From a phage, in the sequence record PZ496581.1: a stretch of 64,000 nucleotides of DNA; one strand, written 5' to 3'. This document shows positions 1-8,162 of the stretch, one piece after another. Under the pieces are notes generated by a model. The model was given only the letters and a program-made list of their open reading frames with translations, had not been told where the DNA came from and did no database searches. The translations under genes and the position numbers were made by a program. How positions within the stretch are numbered: the stretch's first letter is position 1; the number at the start of each line of letters is the position of its first letter.

Positions 1-136
1 TCCATACTTTAATTTGGATAACATCTATGCTGGAACTGTGACGATGTATTGGTATAAGGGGAATAATATACTTGAGGAAGATCGCTTAGCGGCTATATGC
101 AACCAAGCGGTCCGAATACTAGGAAGGGCTAAATAA

Positions 137-409
137 TTAGTTGTTAGAATACATCGCTAAATGACGATAAATATTTTCAAAACCTTCATTGAATTCACTA
201 ATCAGTGTTTTCTTTTCTTCGGCAGTTAAATTTGTAATTAGTTTTCTAAAAGAATTCTGATTTAGCTGCCGACCATCTTTTTTAATTCCAATCTCATTCA
301 AGAATCCGATGAAACTTGCTCGGTCTTCAACAATATCTTCCCTAGAGAATTTAATCAAAATAGAAGCAATAGTAATAATTTCACGTACGATTTCAATGTC
401 TTTATTCAT
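137..409 (-). CDS. asiA: anti-sigma70 factor AsiA
   Basis: 90 aa; near-identical over full length to T4 AsiA as recalled (MNKxIxxVREIITxASILIKFSREDIVE...KKTLIxEFNEGFE). Confidence 0.85.
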   Translation of the reverse strand: MNKDIEIVREIITIASILIKFSREDIVEDRASFIGFLNEIGIKKDGRQLNQNSFRKLITNLTAEEKKTLISEFNEGFENIYRHLAMYSNN

Positions 410-455
410 AACGTTTTATTCATTCCATTTAGTTGATATGGATATAGTACCATTA

Positions 456-671
456 TCAGTGTTGATTGTAAACGGCTTTTTCTACGCTTTTAACGTAATT
501 GGTATAGTCTTCCTGTTCGTACGAGTGTAAGACCAAGAACAGAACTAATAGTTCATTATAGACTAAAGCCTCACGCTCACGTTCGGCCTCTACTACGTTC
601 TGAAGATTATGACTCATATTGTTCCTTATAACTATCAATGTAGTCCTGTATGTCAAAGAATGACATTTCAT
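456..671 (-). CDS. hypothetical small protein (start probably internal ATG near 617)
   Basis: ORF overlaps the end of the upstream gene; only distal part likely coding. Confidence 0.25.
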   Translation of the reverse strand: MKCHSLTYRTTLIVIRNNMSHNLQNVVEAEREREALVYNELLVLFLVLHSYEQEDYTNYVKSVEKAVYNQH

Positions 672-906
672 ATTCTAGGACATTAAGAGCCTGTTCTTCG
701 GTGTAGTCAGAACCAAATACAATAGTGATTTCACCGGGTTTAGAATGACTGAAATCAACACTAAACTCAATTCGAGAACAGACTTCATCTTCCATATCTA
801 CGATAACACTACGACACACTTCTCGGTTAACCTGATAAAGCTCTGCAAGTTCTTCACATCGAATAACAAGTTCAGTGGCAGGATTTTCTTTTATTTTAGT
901 AAGCAT
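607..906 (-). CDS. hypothetical acidic protein (arn-region)
   Basis: 99 aa, strongly acidic; position between asiA and motA where T4 carries arn; no sequence-level confirmation. Confidence 0.4.
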   Translation of the reverse strand: MLTKIKENPATELVIRCEELAELYQVNREVCRSVIVDMEDEVCSRIEFSVDFSHSKPGEITIVFGSDYTEEQALNVLEYEMSFFDIQDYIDSYKEQYES

Positions 907-980
907 AGTCTTTACCCTTATGTTTTTGTTTGCGTTTAGATTGAAGTTCTGATTTCTTTTTGTCCTTATGGACAGAAGCC

Positions 981-1208
981 TTATTGAAATCGTGTTTTGC
1001 TACAAGATTGTTCATAATGATTTATAACCTCATTTAAACATTTATCGGTAAAAGAAAACTTTTTAGCCACAGAACATTCGATAATGTGCTCTTTCAAATC
1101 TTTAGAGTCGGTATATCCCATCTCAGTAATAAAGTGGCGAATTAAAGCTTTATTCTTATCATTAACAGAATTAAAATAATCTGCTTTAGAATCAATTATT
1201 CTCATCAT
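981..1208 (-). CDS. hypothetical protein
   Basis: 75 aa ORF, start overlaps stop of upstream ORF. Confidence 0.4.
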   Translation of the reverse strand: MMRIIDSKADYFNSVNDKNKALIRHFITEMGYTDSKDLKEHIIECSVAKKFSFTDKCLNEVINHYEQSCSKTRFQ

Positions 1209-1473
1209 CTAATTTCCTTAATTGATATTGCAACGAGCTAATAATTTCTTCGTTCATTTTAATATACATGTCGCGCAAGAAAGGTTTTAACCCATCACGA
1301 ATAATTGCTAACGTATCACCTTTACATAAATTAACCAAATAAGGATGGTCTAAAGCATCCCAACCAGGCTGATTAGCATACATACCATAGTTTTCTTCCA
1401 TCATATGATTAAGACGTTTGATATCTTGGATACGTGATTCAATAGCATCTTTCTGGAGCTGTTTAATATTCAT
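1192..1473 (-). CDS. hypothetical protein
   Basis: 93 aa ORF in operon-like array with overlapping stop/start. Confidence 0.45.
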   Translation of the reverse strand: MNIKQLQKDAIESRIQDIKRLNHMMEENYGMYANQPGWDALDHPYLVNLCKGDTLAIIRDGLKPFLRDMYIKMNEEIISSLQYQLRKLDDENN

Positions 1474-1934
1474 TAGTAAAGGTCCTCAGAGTAAAGTTCT
1501 TTTTCATTACCACCACGTTCAATACGTACTTGTCCAGCGTAAGTTGCAATAATCATTGCTTCTTCACGCGTCCAGTAATTAGAGTATTGGTCAATAAAGC
1601 CTTGGTCGTCATCACAAACTTGTTGAGTAACTAATTGAGGTTTAACTACATCTAAAACTTCTGCCATATCTTTAGAATAATGACGAGCACCTGGAATAAT
1701 AAGAGTTCGTCCATCTTTTAATTTAAAACGGTTGGCTGCACAGACAATTCGTCGTTGATACTTTTGGTTTTCATCCCAATACAAAGTCTGCCAACAGATT
1801 TCAGGAACTTCATCTAAAACATTTTGTTCTGTATATTCACCGCCGTAAGAAGCTAATTTAGCAGCCAGACTTTCCGGAGTCTCACGCGACAAAGCTTTAT
1901 CTAACAGAGCTAAACGTTCTTTAAAAGTTTTCAT
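1473..1934 (-). CDS. hypothetical protein
   Basis: 153 aa ORF, ATGA-type start/stop overlap with neighbours. Confidence 0.5.
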   Translation of the reverse strand: MKTFKERLALLDKALSRETPESLAAKLASYGGEYTEQNVLDEVPEICWQTLYWDENQKYQRRIVCAANRFKLKDGRTLIIPGARHYSKDMAEVLDVVKPQLVTQQVCDDDQGFIDQYSNYWTREEAMIIATYAGQVRIERGGNEKELYSEDLY

Positions 1935-2260
1935 TTAAACCATCCTTTAATACGTTGCCAAATAGATTTTTGTGCTTGTTTATTTACACCAATCGAACGA
2001 ATAACCGGTTGTGACTGCTGATATTCTTTATAATCTTCTTTATAGATTTCGTAAGCTGCATCAACAAATGAACTGATCGCTGCCATGTAGTTTTTACGAA
2101 GGCCAAATGGCGCGTCATTATTTTCACGAATAACCATATATTGGCCTGCTTTAATCTTTACAATTGTCCCTAAATAAGCCCCGTGGTACCAAATATCCCA
2201 TCCTTCCTGAGTAGGTTCTGCACATTTACGAAGTTCGTTAATAATATTCAGCTTATTCAT
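1931..2260 (-). CDS. hypothetical protein
   Basis: 109 aa ORF immediately downstream of motA. Confidence 0.5.
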   Translation of the reverse strand: MNKLNIINELRKCAEPTQEGWDIWYHGAYLGTIVKIKAGQYMVIRENNDAPFGLRKNYMAAISSFVDAAYEIYKEDYKEYQQSQPVIRSIGVNKQAQKSIWQRIKGWFK

Positions 2261-2270
2261 TATGTATTCC

Positions 2271-2903
2271 TCACAGTACGTTAGTTACAAGGGTAATGAT
2301 TTCTTTAGACACATTAGGGAAGTCAATGTAAGTATATTTACCACCGATCTTAATCTTAACATCATTTTCAAGAGAAGTAAACAGCTTTGATTCAGTTTCT
2401 GACATGTTGTATGCAAAGATTCTAAGAGAACCATCTCGACGAATTTCGATCTGACGAATACCTAGAACTCGTTTTGCAAATCGAACTTCCAAGTTACTAC
2501 GGTTTTCACCAATTTCTTTAACTTCAACTTTATCTTTAATATTTTCAAAAACAAAGTTTGCTAATTCATGCATTTCAGGAGTAACTCCACGTGCTTTTCT
2601 AGTGTTACGTTTCTGAAGAAGTTCTGGAGCATTTTCTTGAGCAAATAAGTCTGCAGCTTTTTGGATAATATCCATTGCTTCGCCTGTTGCTACAAGTCCA
2701 TCACCGGATTTTTCGACTAAACCTTTCTTAATCAATACACCAATGTTAGAGTTAACAACCGATGCATTGTATTCCGCTTCCAGAGCTTCACGGACATTGG
2801 CAGCAGTGGTGAAGTTGTTCTTAATGATATAAACCATTATTGCAGCAGTTTTTTCATTCAGAGCGTTTTCAGAAGCTTTGATGATGTAAGTAACTTTAGA
2901 CAT
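2271..2903 (-). CDS. motA: middle-transcription activator MotA
   Basis: 210 aa; N-terminus MSKVTYIIKAS...NSNIGVLIKKGLVEKSGDGL matches T4 MotA as recalled; early promoter and SD directly upstream. Confidence 0.85.
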   Translation of the reverse strand: MSKVTYIIKASENALNEKTAAIMVYIIKNNFTTAANVREALEAEYNASVVNSNIGVLIKKGLVEKSGDGLVATGEAMDIIQKAADLFAQENAPELLQKRNTRKARGVTPEMHELANFVFENIKDKVEVKEIGENRSNLEVRFAKRVLGIRQIEIRRDGSLRIFAYNMSETESKLFTSLENDVKIKIGGKYTYIDFPNVSKEIITLVTNVL

Positions 2904-2938
2904 TTTATTTCTCCAAATTAGTATTTGTTTTGATAGGT

Positions 2939-2970
2939 CTATAATATCATGTTTGAAGCAAAAGTAAACT
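2939..2970 (-). promoter_or_regulatory. sigma70-type early promoter (motA)
   Basis: Minus strand GTTTAC - 17 nt - TATTAT with TGn extension. Confidence 0.6.
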
Positions 2971-3007
2971 TTATTTTGGGCTCTTTTTCCAAAAGCCCTG
3001 GTAAAAT

Positions 3008-3223
3008 TTACAAACTCATTTCTTTAATAAGGCCAATAAGTTTTGCCTTTTTAGAACGAAGCTTTTCTAAACGATGTCCATTTGAACCGCGAACCACTAA
3101 AGAATTGATTTCAACTTCTAAGAAATTTAATTCTTCAACAAGTGCTTTACGGGGAGCATTCATACCAGGTTTAACTTTACCGAAACGAGTAGTTGTGTTT
3201 TGGGTTAATTTCATTTTAGACAT
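3008..3223 (-). CDS. hypothetical basic protein
   Basis: 71 aa; shares promoter-leader-MSK start cassette with motA. Confidence 0.5.
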   Translation of the reverse strand: MSKMKLTQNTTTRFGKVKPGMNAPRKALVEELNFLEVEINSLVVRGSNGHRLEKLRSKKAKLIGLIKEMSL

Positions 3224-3261
3224 TTTATTTCTCCAATTTGGTTGTTTTGTTTTGATAGGTC

Positions 3262-3292
3262 TATAATATCATGTTTGAAGCACATGTAAACT
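3262..3292 (-). promoter_or_regulatory. sigma70-type early promoter
   Basis: Duplicate of motA promoter cassette. Confidence 0.6.
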
Positions 3293-3304
3293 GTTTTGTG
3301 AGAA

Positions 3305-3332
3305 AAATGCACAAAAGGGAGCCGAAGCTCCC
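3305..3332 (-). terminator. rho-independent terminator after gene 52
   Basis: GGGAGC-UUCG-GCUCCC hairpin then U-rich tract. Confidence 0.6.
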
Positions 3333-3408
3333 TAATCATGTTTGTCCAACCAATACAGCCAAATCACTAGTGCAGCTATTGCACCGAGAAATCCTAAGGC
3401 TAGGGCAC

Positions 3409-4734
3409 TCAAAGTGCCTCCAAGTCTTTAGTGTACTCTATCACAACATCAGTAGACTTCCAATACTCATTTTCTTCTTTCTTAGCTTTAGCTTCTTCTG
3501 CTAGTTTACGTGCTTCATCGGAAGTGATATGGAAGATGTTAAGACCTACCAGTTTATCGACATGTTCTTTATACATTTCGATTTGTGCTAGCTCTTCAGT
3601 CAAAGCTTTACGAGTCTTGCCCTGAATCACAATTTCGCCACTGATAACTTTTTTGATGAAGTGTGCCTTAGCAAAAGCAAGTTTAAATGCTTTTTCAGAT
3701 TCAAGGATTTTATTGTCAATACGTTTCTGAACGTAAGTCTTACGGACTTCAACAAAATCTTTGATTAAGTCCACTACGTTATCGTAGACCGCTAATTTAC
3801 CCTTTTCATTAATCACTGTGATGTTTTGTGAACGACGTTCGATGAGACTAAAATCTTTCATGATTTTTTCATGACGTAGCTCTTCATCATCAGGAAGCGA
3901 GTACTCTTTACGGAACTTCACCTTAAACCCAAAGCCGTGTTCACCACAATCATCTTCCCATGAGATTAGACCTTTGTCTTCCAACGGGTCAAGAACCTTA
4001 CTCACATACGTTTCACGGTCGAATTTATATGGGATTTCAGTTATCTGCATTTGAGTGCGAGATGTGAACTTATACGTTCCGTGAATCTCATAACGCCCAT
4101 CAACTTCATGTACTTCACCACGGAATTCCGGGAATTCAACTTTTGGCTTAGTGACATTTTTACCTTGAAGAGCTTGTAATACAGCCTTTTTTACCGATTT
4201 AAAACTATGAGGCAGAATATTTGTTGCGTAACCGGTTGCAATACCAGAGACGCCATTCAAAAGAACTGTCGGAATAATAGGAAGATAGAATTTTGGTGGA
4301 ATGTGTTCTTTATCTTCATGAGCTGGAGCATATTCAGTATCTTTATATACGTTATAGAAATTTTTACTTACACGAGCAAAAATATAACGAGATGCTGCAG
4401 CTTTTTGGACTGTTCGAGAACCAAAGTTGCCTTGGCCATCTAACAGTGGATAGTTGTTGTTCCATGTGTTAGCCATCAATGCACCTGCATCTTGTGCAGA
4501 ATATTCACCATGGTGATAACCTAAATCTGCAACACCGCCTGCAATTGACGCAAGTTTATGAAATTTTTCTTTATTACCACGAGCCAAATCTAACGCACGA
4601 TGAACCACAAAACGTTGAACCGGCTTAAATCCATCAATCATGTTTGGGATTGCACGGTTTTCAACGGTGTACATCGCATATGCTAAGGCTTCGTTATCAA
4701 TAATACTTTTTAGATTACGAGAATTCAATTGCAT
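3409..4734 (-). CDS. 52: DNA topoisomerase II medium subunit (GyrA-like)
   Basis: 441 aa; active-site region ...AYAMYTVENRAIPNMIDGFKPVQR...; T4 gp52 size and position. Confidence 0.9.
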   Translation of the reverse strand: MQLNSRNLKSIIDNEALAYAMYTVENRAIPNMIDGFKPVQRFVVHRALDLARGNKEKFHKLASIAGGVADLGYHHGEYSAQDAGALMANTWNNNYPLLDGQGNFGSRTVQKAAASRYIFARVSKNFYNVYKDTEYAPAHEDKEHIPPKFYLPIIPTVLLNGVSGIATGYATNILPHSFKSVKKAVLQALQGKNVTKPKVEFPEFRGEVHEVDGRYEIHGTYKFTSRTQMQITEIPYKFDRETYVSKVLDPLEDKGLISWEDDCGEHGFGFKVKFRKEYSLPDDEELRHEKIMKDFSLIERRSQNITVINEKGKLAVYDNVVDLIKDFVEVRKTYVQKRIDNKILESEKAFKLAFAKAHFIKKVISGEIVIQGKTRKALTEELAQIEMYKEHVDKLVGLNIFHITSDEARKLAEEAKAKKEENEYWKSTDVVIEYTKDLEAL

Positions 4735-4738
4735 ATTT

Positions 4739-4879
4739 TCACCATATTAATGAACGAATAACCATTATAACATCTGAAATGAAAAGCACTACTTGGATTA
4801 GTCCAAACATCACACCATAGTACAGAACCGTAAGCAACAACAAGAGCCCGAAGGCTCCTGCTAAGATTTTCTTAATCAT
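4739..4879 (-). CDS. small hydrophobic peptide (46 aa)
   Basis: Hand-translated MIKKILAGAFGLLLLLTVLYYGVMFGL...; TAATG overlap with upstream peptide; below ORF-track cutoff. Confidence 0.3.
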   Translation of the reverse strand: MIKKILAGAFGLLLLLTVLYYGVMFGLIQVVLFISDVIMVIRSLIW

Positions 4880-5025
4880 TACTCGCCTTTTAACACGTTA
4901 AGAAGAGCTAAGACCGCTAAGGTACCTTGTGATACGGCCTGTTGAAATACTGTTGTTTCGCCTGTAACTAAAGTGTTAACGAATAAAAACGACCAACACA
5001 GCAATGCAATAATCCATGCTACCAT
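4879..5025 (-). CDS. small hydrophobic peptide (48 aa)
   Basis: Hand-translated MVAWIIALLCWSFLFVNTLVTGE...; position where T4 has ac/stp. Confidence 0.3.
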   Translation of the reverse strand: MVAWIIALLCWSFLFVNTLVTGETTVFQQAVSQGTLAVLALLNVLKGE

Positions 5026-5040
5026 TTTAATTACCTCAAA

Positions 5041-5070
5041 AATAAATTAAAGGCCCAACTTAATAGGCCT
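5041..5070 (-). terminator. possible terminator after ndd
   Basis: AGGCC...GGCCU stem with 10-nt loop, then UUAAUUUAUU. Confidence 0.35.
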
Positions 5071-5077
5071 ATATAAA

Positions 5078-5524
5078 TTAGTAACTCTGCAGAATGAATT
5101 TGAAATTATCTGCCAGAAGACGGTTCATTTCAGTGAGTGTTTGATATTCTGATGTATGGTTGCGAGTGAATGCCAGAGCCAATTGTCCTTTACCATAACC
5201 AGTAGTCAGTGGTTTCATGTTCTTAGCTGCAACAAAGATTACATCATATTCAATATTGTTAGTGCCCATGGTACGGGCTAGTTGCGAACGGCCTTGACGA
5301 ATGTGAGAAAGAATTGCATCCAACCCTTGTTTAGAACGTTGACGTCCTACAAAGAATCGTGCTGCTACTTGTCGCCAATCAGATGAACCTTTAACGAAGA
5401 AGTAAAAACCTTCACGAGAACGAAACTCTTTAGAAACTTCAGAACCGTATTCGCCATTACGAACTACTGCAACAACTTCACCGCCAACTGCCAGAAGGTC
5501 TTTACGAGTTAAATATTTGGACAT
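5078..5524 (-). CDS. ndd: nucleoid disruption protein Ndd
   Basis: 148 aa; ...[12 protein letters not shown]...[14 protein letters not shown]...[42 protein letters not shown] matches T4 Ndd as recalled. Confidence 0.8.
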   Translation of the reverse strand: MSKYLTRKDLLAVGGEVVAVVRNGEYGSEVSKEFRSREGFYFFVKGSSDWRQVAARFFVGRQRSKQGLDAILSHIRQGRSQLARTMGTNNIEYDVIFVAAKNMKPLTTGYGKGQLALAFTRNHTSEYQTLTEMNRLLADNFKFILQSY

Positions 5525-5566
5525 GCTAATTTCCTCAATTGATTAATGTTTTTGTAATCCATGAGA

Positions 5567-5598
5567 GCATTATACTCTGCTCTCAAGAGTTTGTACAA
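5567..5598 (-). promoter_or_regulatory. sigma70-type early promoter (ndd)
   Basis: TTGTAC - 18 nt - TATAAT; -10 inside inverted repeat GAGAGC...GCTCTC. Confidence 0.55.
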
Positions 5599-5600
5599 TT

Positions 5601-5801
5601 TTATTCGGCTATATCAGAACGTTCAAAAAGCTCTTCAACAGTTAAACATTCAGTGTCATCTTCAATAAAGAATCGAGTCCAACACGTTGGGGCGATACAG
5701 TTATGAGTTTGTCCGGCGATAGAAGCTACACGAATAAGCTGCTGACCATTATTCAGGACAAATTTTTCACCAATTTCAACATCTTTAAAAAGCTTAGCCA
5801 T
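5601..5801 (-). CDS. hypothetical protein
   Basis: 66 aa ORF with its own early promoter. Confidence 0.45.
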   Translation of the reverse strand: MAKLFKDVEIGEKFVLNNGQQLIRVASIAGQTHNCIAPTCWTRFFIEDDTECLTVEELFERSDIAE

Positions 5802-5830
5802 TTTGTGTTCCTCATATTTTGATAGGACTA

Positions 5831-5859
5831 CTATACCATAATCCTACCTTGATGTAAAC
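5831..5859 (-). promoter_or_regulatory. sigma70-type early promoter
   Basis: GTTTAC - 18 nt - TATAGT. Confidence 0.5.
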
Positions 5860-6051
5860 AATTAAATTACATTAAAATATGTTAAAGCCAACCATGTTCC
5901 AGTGAACGAACATGCGATGTAAAAACCCGTATCACAAATTGTTCTTAGTACAATAAGAAGTGCATTTTTCATAAGTACCTCAATGCAATTGAAAATATTA
6001 TACAAATCATAGGGATACTAAGCAACCATATTCCGATCCACATTTTAGAGC

Positions 6052-6315
6052 TCATATCTCAACTTCCGCGAGTTCCATATATCCTTTGTTGATAACCTCT
6101 TTAAGGTCTTTAGAAAGAATAACACCAAAATGGTCGTTCATATGTCCATTAACCAGACGAGTTATTTCGGATTCAGATGACATATAAGGCACGTCTGAGT
6201 CCCAATGAGATAGACCCAAATGGGTATAAATCATCCCTTCGTCATCTGCAGTGTTGTACATTGAAACAAATTCGCCTGTTACTTTATGTTTTGCGTAGAA
6301 AAATTTAAATTTCAT
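6052..6315 (-). CDS. hypothetical protein
   Basis: 87 aa ORF with its own early promoter. Confidence 0.45.
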   Translation of the reverse strand: MKFKFFYAKHKVTGEFVSMYNTADDEGMIYTHLGLSHWDSDVPYMSSESEITRLVNGHMNDHFGVILSKDLKEVINKGYMELAEVEI

Positions 6316-6342
6316 GATGTTATCCTCTTTTAGATAGGACTA

Positions 6343-6371
6343 CTATATCATAGTCCTACTTAGTTGTAAAC
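6343..6371 (-). promoter_or_regulatory. sigma70-type early promoter in stem-loop
   Basis: GTTTAC - 18 nt - TATAGT; flanked by TAGGACTA...TAGTCCTA. Confidence 0.5.
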
Positions 6372-6383
6372 ACTTTTATGAAA

Positions 6384-6860
6384 TTAAAGATGAAGATACC
6401 ACCCGTTGTAGTTGCTCTTGCGGACGATTTTCTTTAGGTCTTCATGGTCTCCCACGAACTTTATAGAATAAGAGAAGACGTCAGGTGAGGTTTCTTTGAC
6501 ATCTAATATAATAATGCAATCTGCGACTCGATGATTCAAGAAGGGCCCTATATTGATTCCATTACCACCCGGATAATCACCACTGTATCCTGTGGTAACC
6601 GAAATCCATTTAGAATCTATCTGGTGCGTCTTGACTTCGACACGCAACCCGCAGTATTTAGGATGAGCTAACACATCCCATGCATACGTGTACGGGTCTT
6701 CTACGTCTTCATTACCTTTATTAACATATCCGTCTAGCCAATTTGCTACTACATACTCTGCAAAGACTGCAACCTTACAACGTCGAACAACGTCTTCTTT
6801 TATTTGACCTGGATCTTGTTTCAACGAGTACCGAGCAGTGTCAGCAATCTTCACCTTCAT
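6384..6860 (-). CDS. hypothetical protein (denB-position)
   Basis: ORF-track ORF trimmed to internal ATG (MKVKIADTAR...); upstream extension looks non-coding. Confidence 0.4.
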   Translation of the reverse strand: MKVKIADTARYSLKQDPGQIKEDVVRRCKVAVFAEYVVANWLDGYVNKGNEDVEDPYTYAWDVLAHPKYCGLRVEVKTHQIDSKWISVTTGYSGDYPGGNGINIGPFLNHRVADCIIILDVKETSPDVFSYSIKFVGDHEDLKKIVRKSNYNGWYLHL

Positions 6861-6876
6861 TTCACTAGTCAAAAAC

Positions 6877-7164
6877 TCATTCGACAGGATAAATGTCGGA
6901 AGACTCTTCAGCCTCAACAGCCCCAAGTTCGTCTTTACCATAGATACCTCTGATATGTAGTTCGCCAAAATAAATGCGGTCACCTTCTTCAAGATATTCT
7001 GCATCTACAGGCGGAATTTCAATAACAACTTCGTCGCATTCTAACCAGCCGTAGTGTGCATCGCCAGGATGTTTTACCAATTTAGCACAATAAACTGATT
7101 TACACTTATGATGACCACGAAGATTAGCAATTTTGGATTCTGATACGTCAAATGGATGAATCAT
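6877..7164 (-). CDS. hypothetical protein
   Basis: 95 aa ORF just downstream of rIIB terminator. Confidence 0.4.
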   Translation of the reverse strand: MIHPFDVSESKIANLRGHHKCKSVYCAKLVKHPGDAHYGWLECDEVVIEIPPVDAEYLEEGDRIYFGELHIRGIYGKDELGAVEAEESSDIYPVE

Positions 7165-7176
7165 AATTACCCCTAA

Positions 7177-7200
7177 AGAAAAAAGGGGACCGAAGTCCCC
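7177..7200 (-). terminator. rho-independent terminator after rIIB
   Basis: GGGGAC-UUCG-GUCCCC hairpin then UUUUUUCUUU. Confidence 0.65.
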
Positions 7201-7205
7201 AATTA

Positions 7206-8153
7206 TTATTCTGTAAATAATTCAGTAACGTCTGAAATTACTTCATAACGACAAGTACGCATCTTAGCATCACCATAGTCAACCGGGATGGATACAACAT
7301 CACGTGGATGAACTTTAACTTTCACAACTTTATCTGAGCTTGAACCAAAGTGGCGAATATAAGATTTAGCACAAACGTGGAGACCGCGAGAACAGGTTTG
7401 AGTATCATCGTCGTTAACTCGAGTACGAGGCATTGAAACAACTTTACCTGGGGAGTTATCAAATGTACCACTATAACAGTCTAAATAGTCCTTACGAACT
7501 ACTTTCCACGCATAGAAATGACCATCTTCAGTGATTTCAATATCGTTTGCAACCAAGAAGTCGAATAAACGTTGTACAGCTTTTTCGCTTGGGTTTTCTA
7601 ACAGGTTTTCAAGGAATGGCAGATAGAATTTAAAGTCTTCACCTTTTTCCATGGAATCAATAATACGGTTAACCAGCCCTGAACGAATCTCTATACCTTG
7701 ATAAAATAAACTACCACCTTCAATAGTAACATTACCATCAACAAACTTAGTAATAGCTTTCTTGATGTTAATAAGTTCGACAGCTTTACTAAGGTTTCCT
7801 GCGACCAGATTAGCTTTAATTTCTTCAAAATTTGCATGACTTGATGGAGTCGCATTGTATGCTACGCGTCCTTCAATAATTGAAATAAATTTAGATGACG
7901 CGTTCCATACGATTTCAGGACGATGTCCGCCGATAATAGGTTCATCATTTTCTGGAACTTCTTCGATTACATAAGAGGCATCGTTTGCTTCAGGGACAAC
8001 GCCTTCTGCTTTAAAATTCTTAACAATCTTACGAAGAGTATCTGTTGAAATGTCGAAGTAATCGGCAATTTCTTTACGAGTCCATTTGCCTGATTCAACC
8101 AGGCCGTAAGCTTCTAACTGTTCTTCTTGGGACAAGCATTTAATATTGTACAT
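7206..8153 (-). CDS. rIIB: rIIB protein
   Basis: 315 aa; MYNIKCL... start and C-terminal ...VNDDDTQTCSRGLHVC.KSYIRHFGSS match T4 rIIB as recalled. Confidence 0.9.
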   Translation of the reverse strand: MYNIKCLSQEEQLEAYGLVESGKWTRKEIADYFDISTDTLRKIVKNFKAEGVVPEANDASYVIEEVPENDEPIIGGHRPEIVWNASSKFISIIEGRVAYNATPSSHANFEEIKANLVAGNLSKAVELINIKKAITKFVDGNVTIEGGSLFYQGIEIRSGLVNRIIDSMEKGEDFKFYLPFLENLLENPSEKAVQRLFDFLVANDIEITEDGHFYAWKVVRKDYLDCYSGTFDNSPGKVVSMPRTRVNDDDTQTCSRGLHVCAKSYIRHFGSSSDKVVKVKVHPRDVVSIPVDYGDAKMRTCRYEVISDVTELFTE

Positions 8154-8162
8154 AATGTTTCC

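Noticed and set aside
6861-7004. N-terminal extension of ORF 6384..7004
   Set aside because: Extension overlaps 6877..7164 in another frame and looks non-coding; start moved to ATG at 6860.
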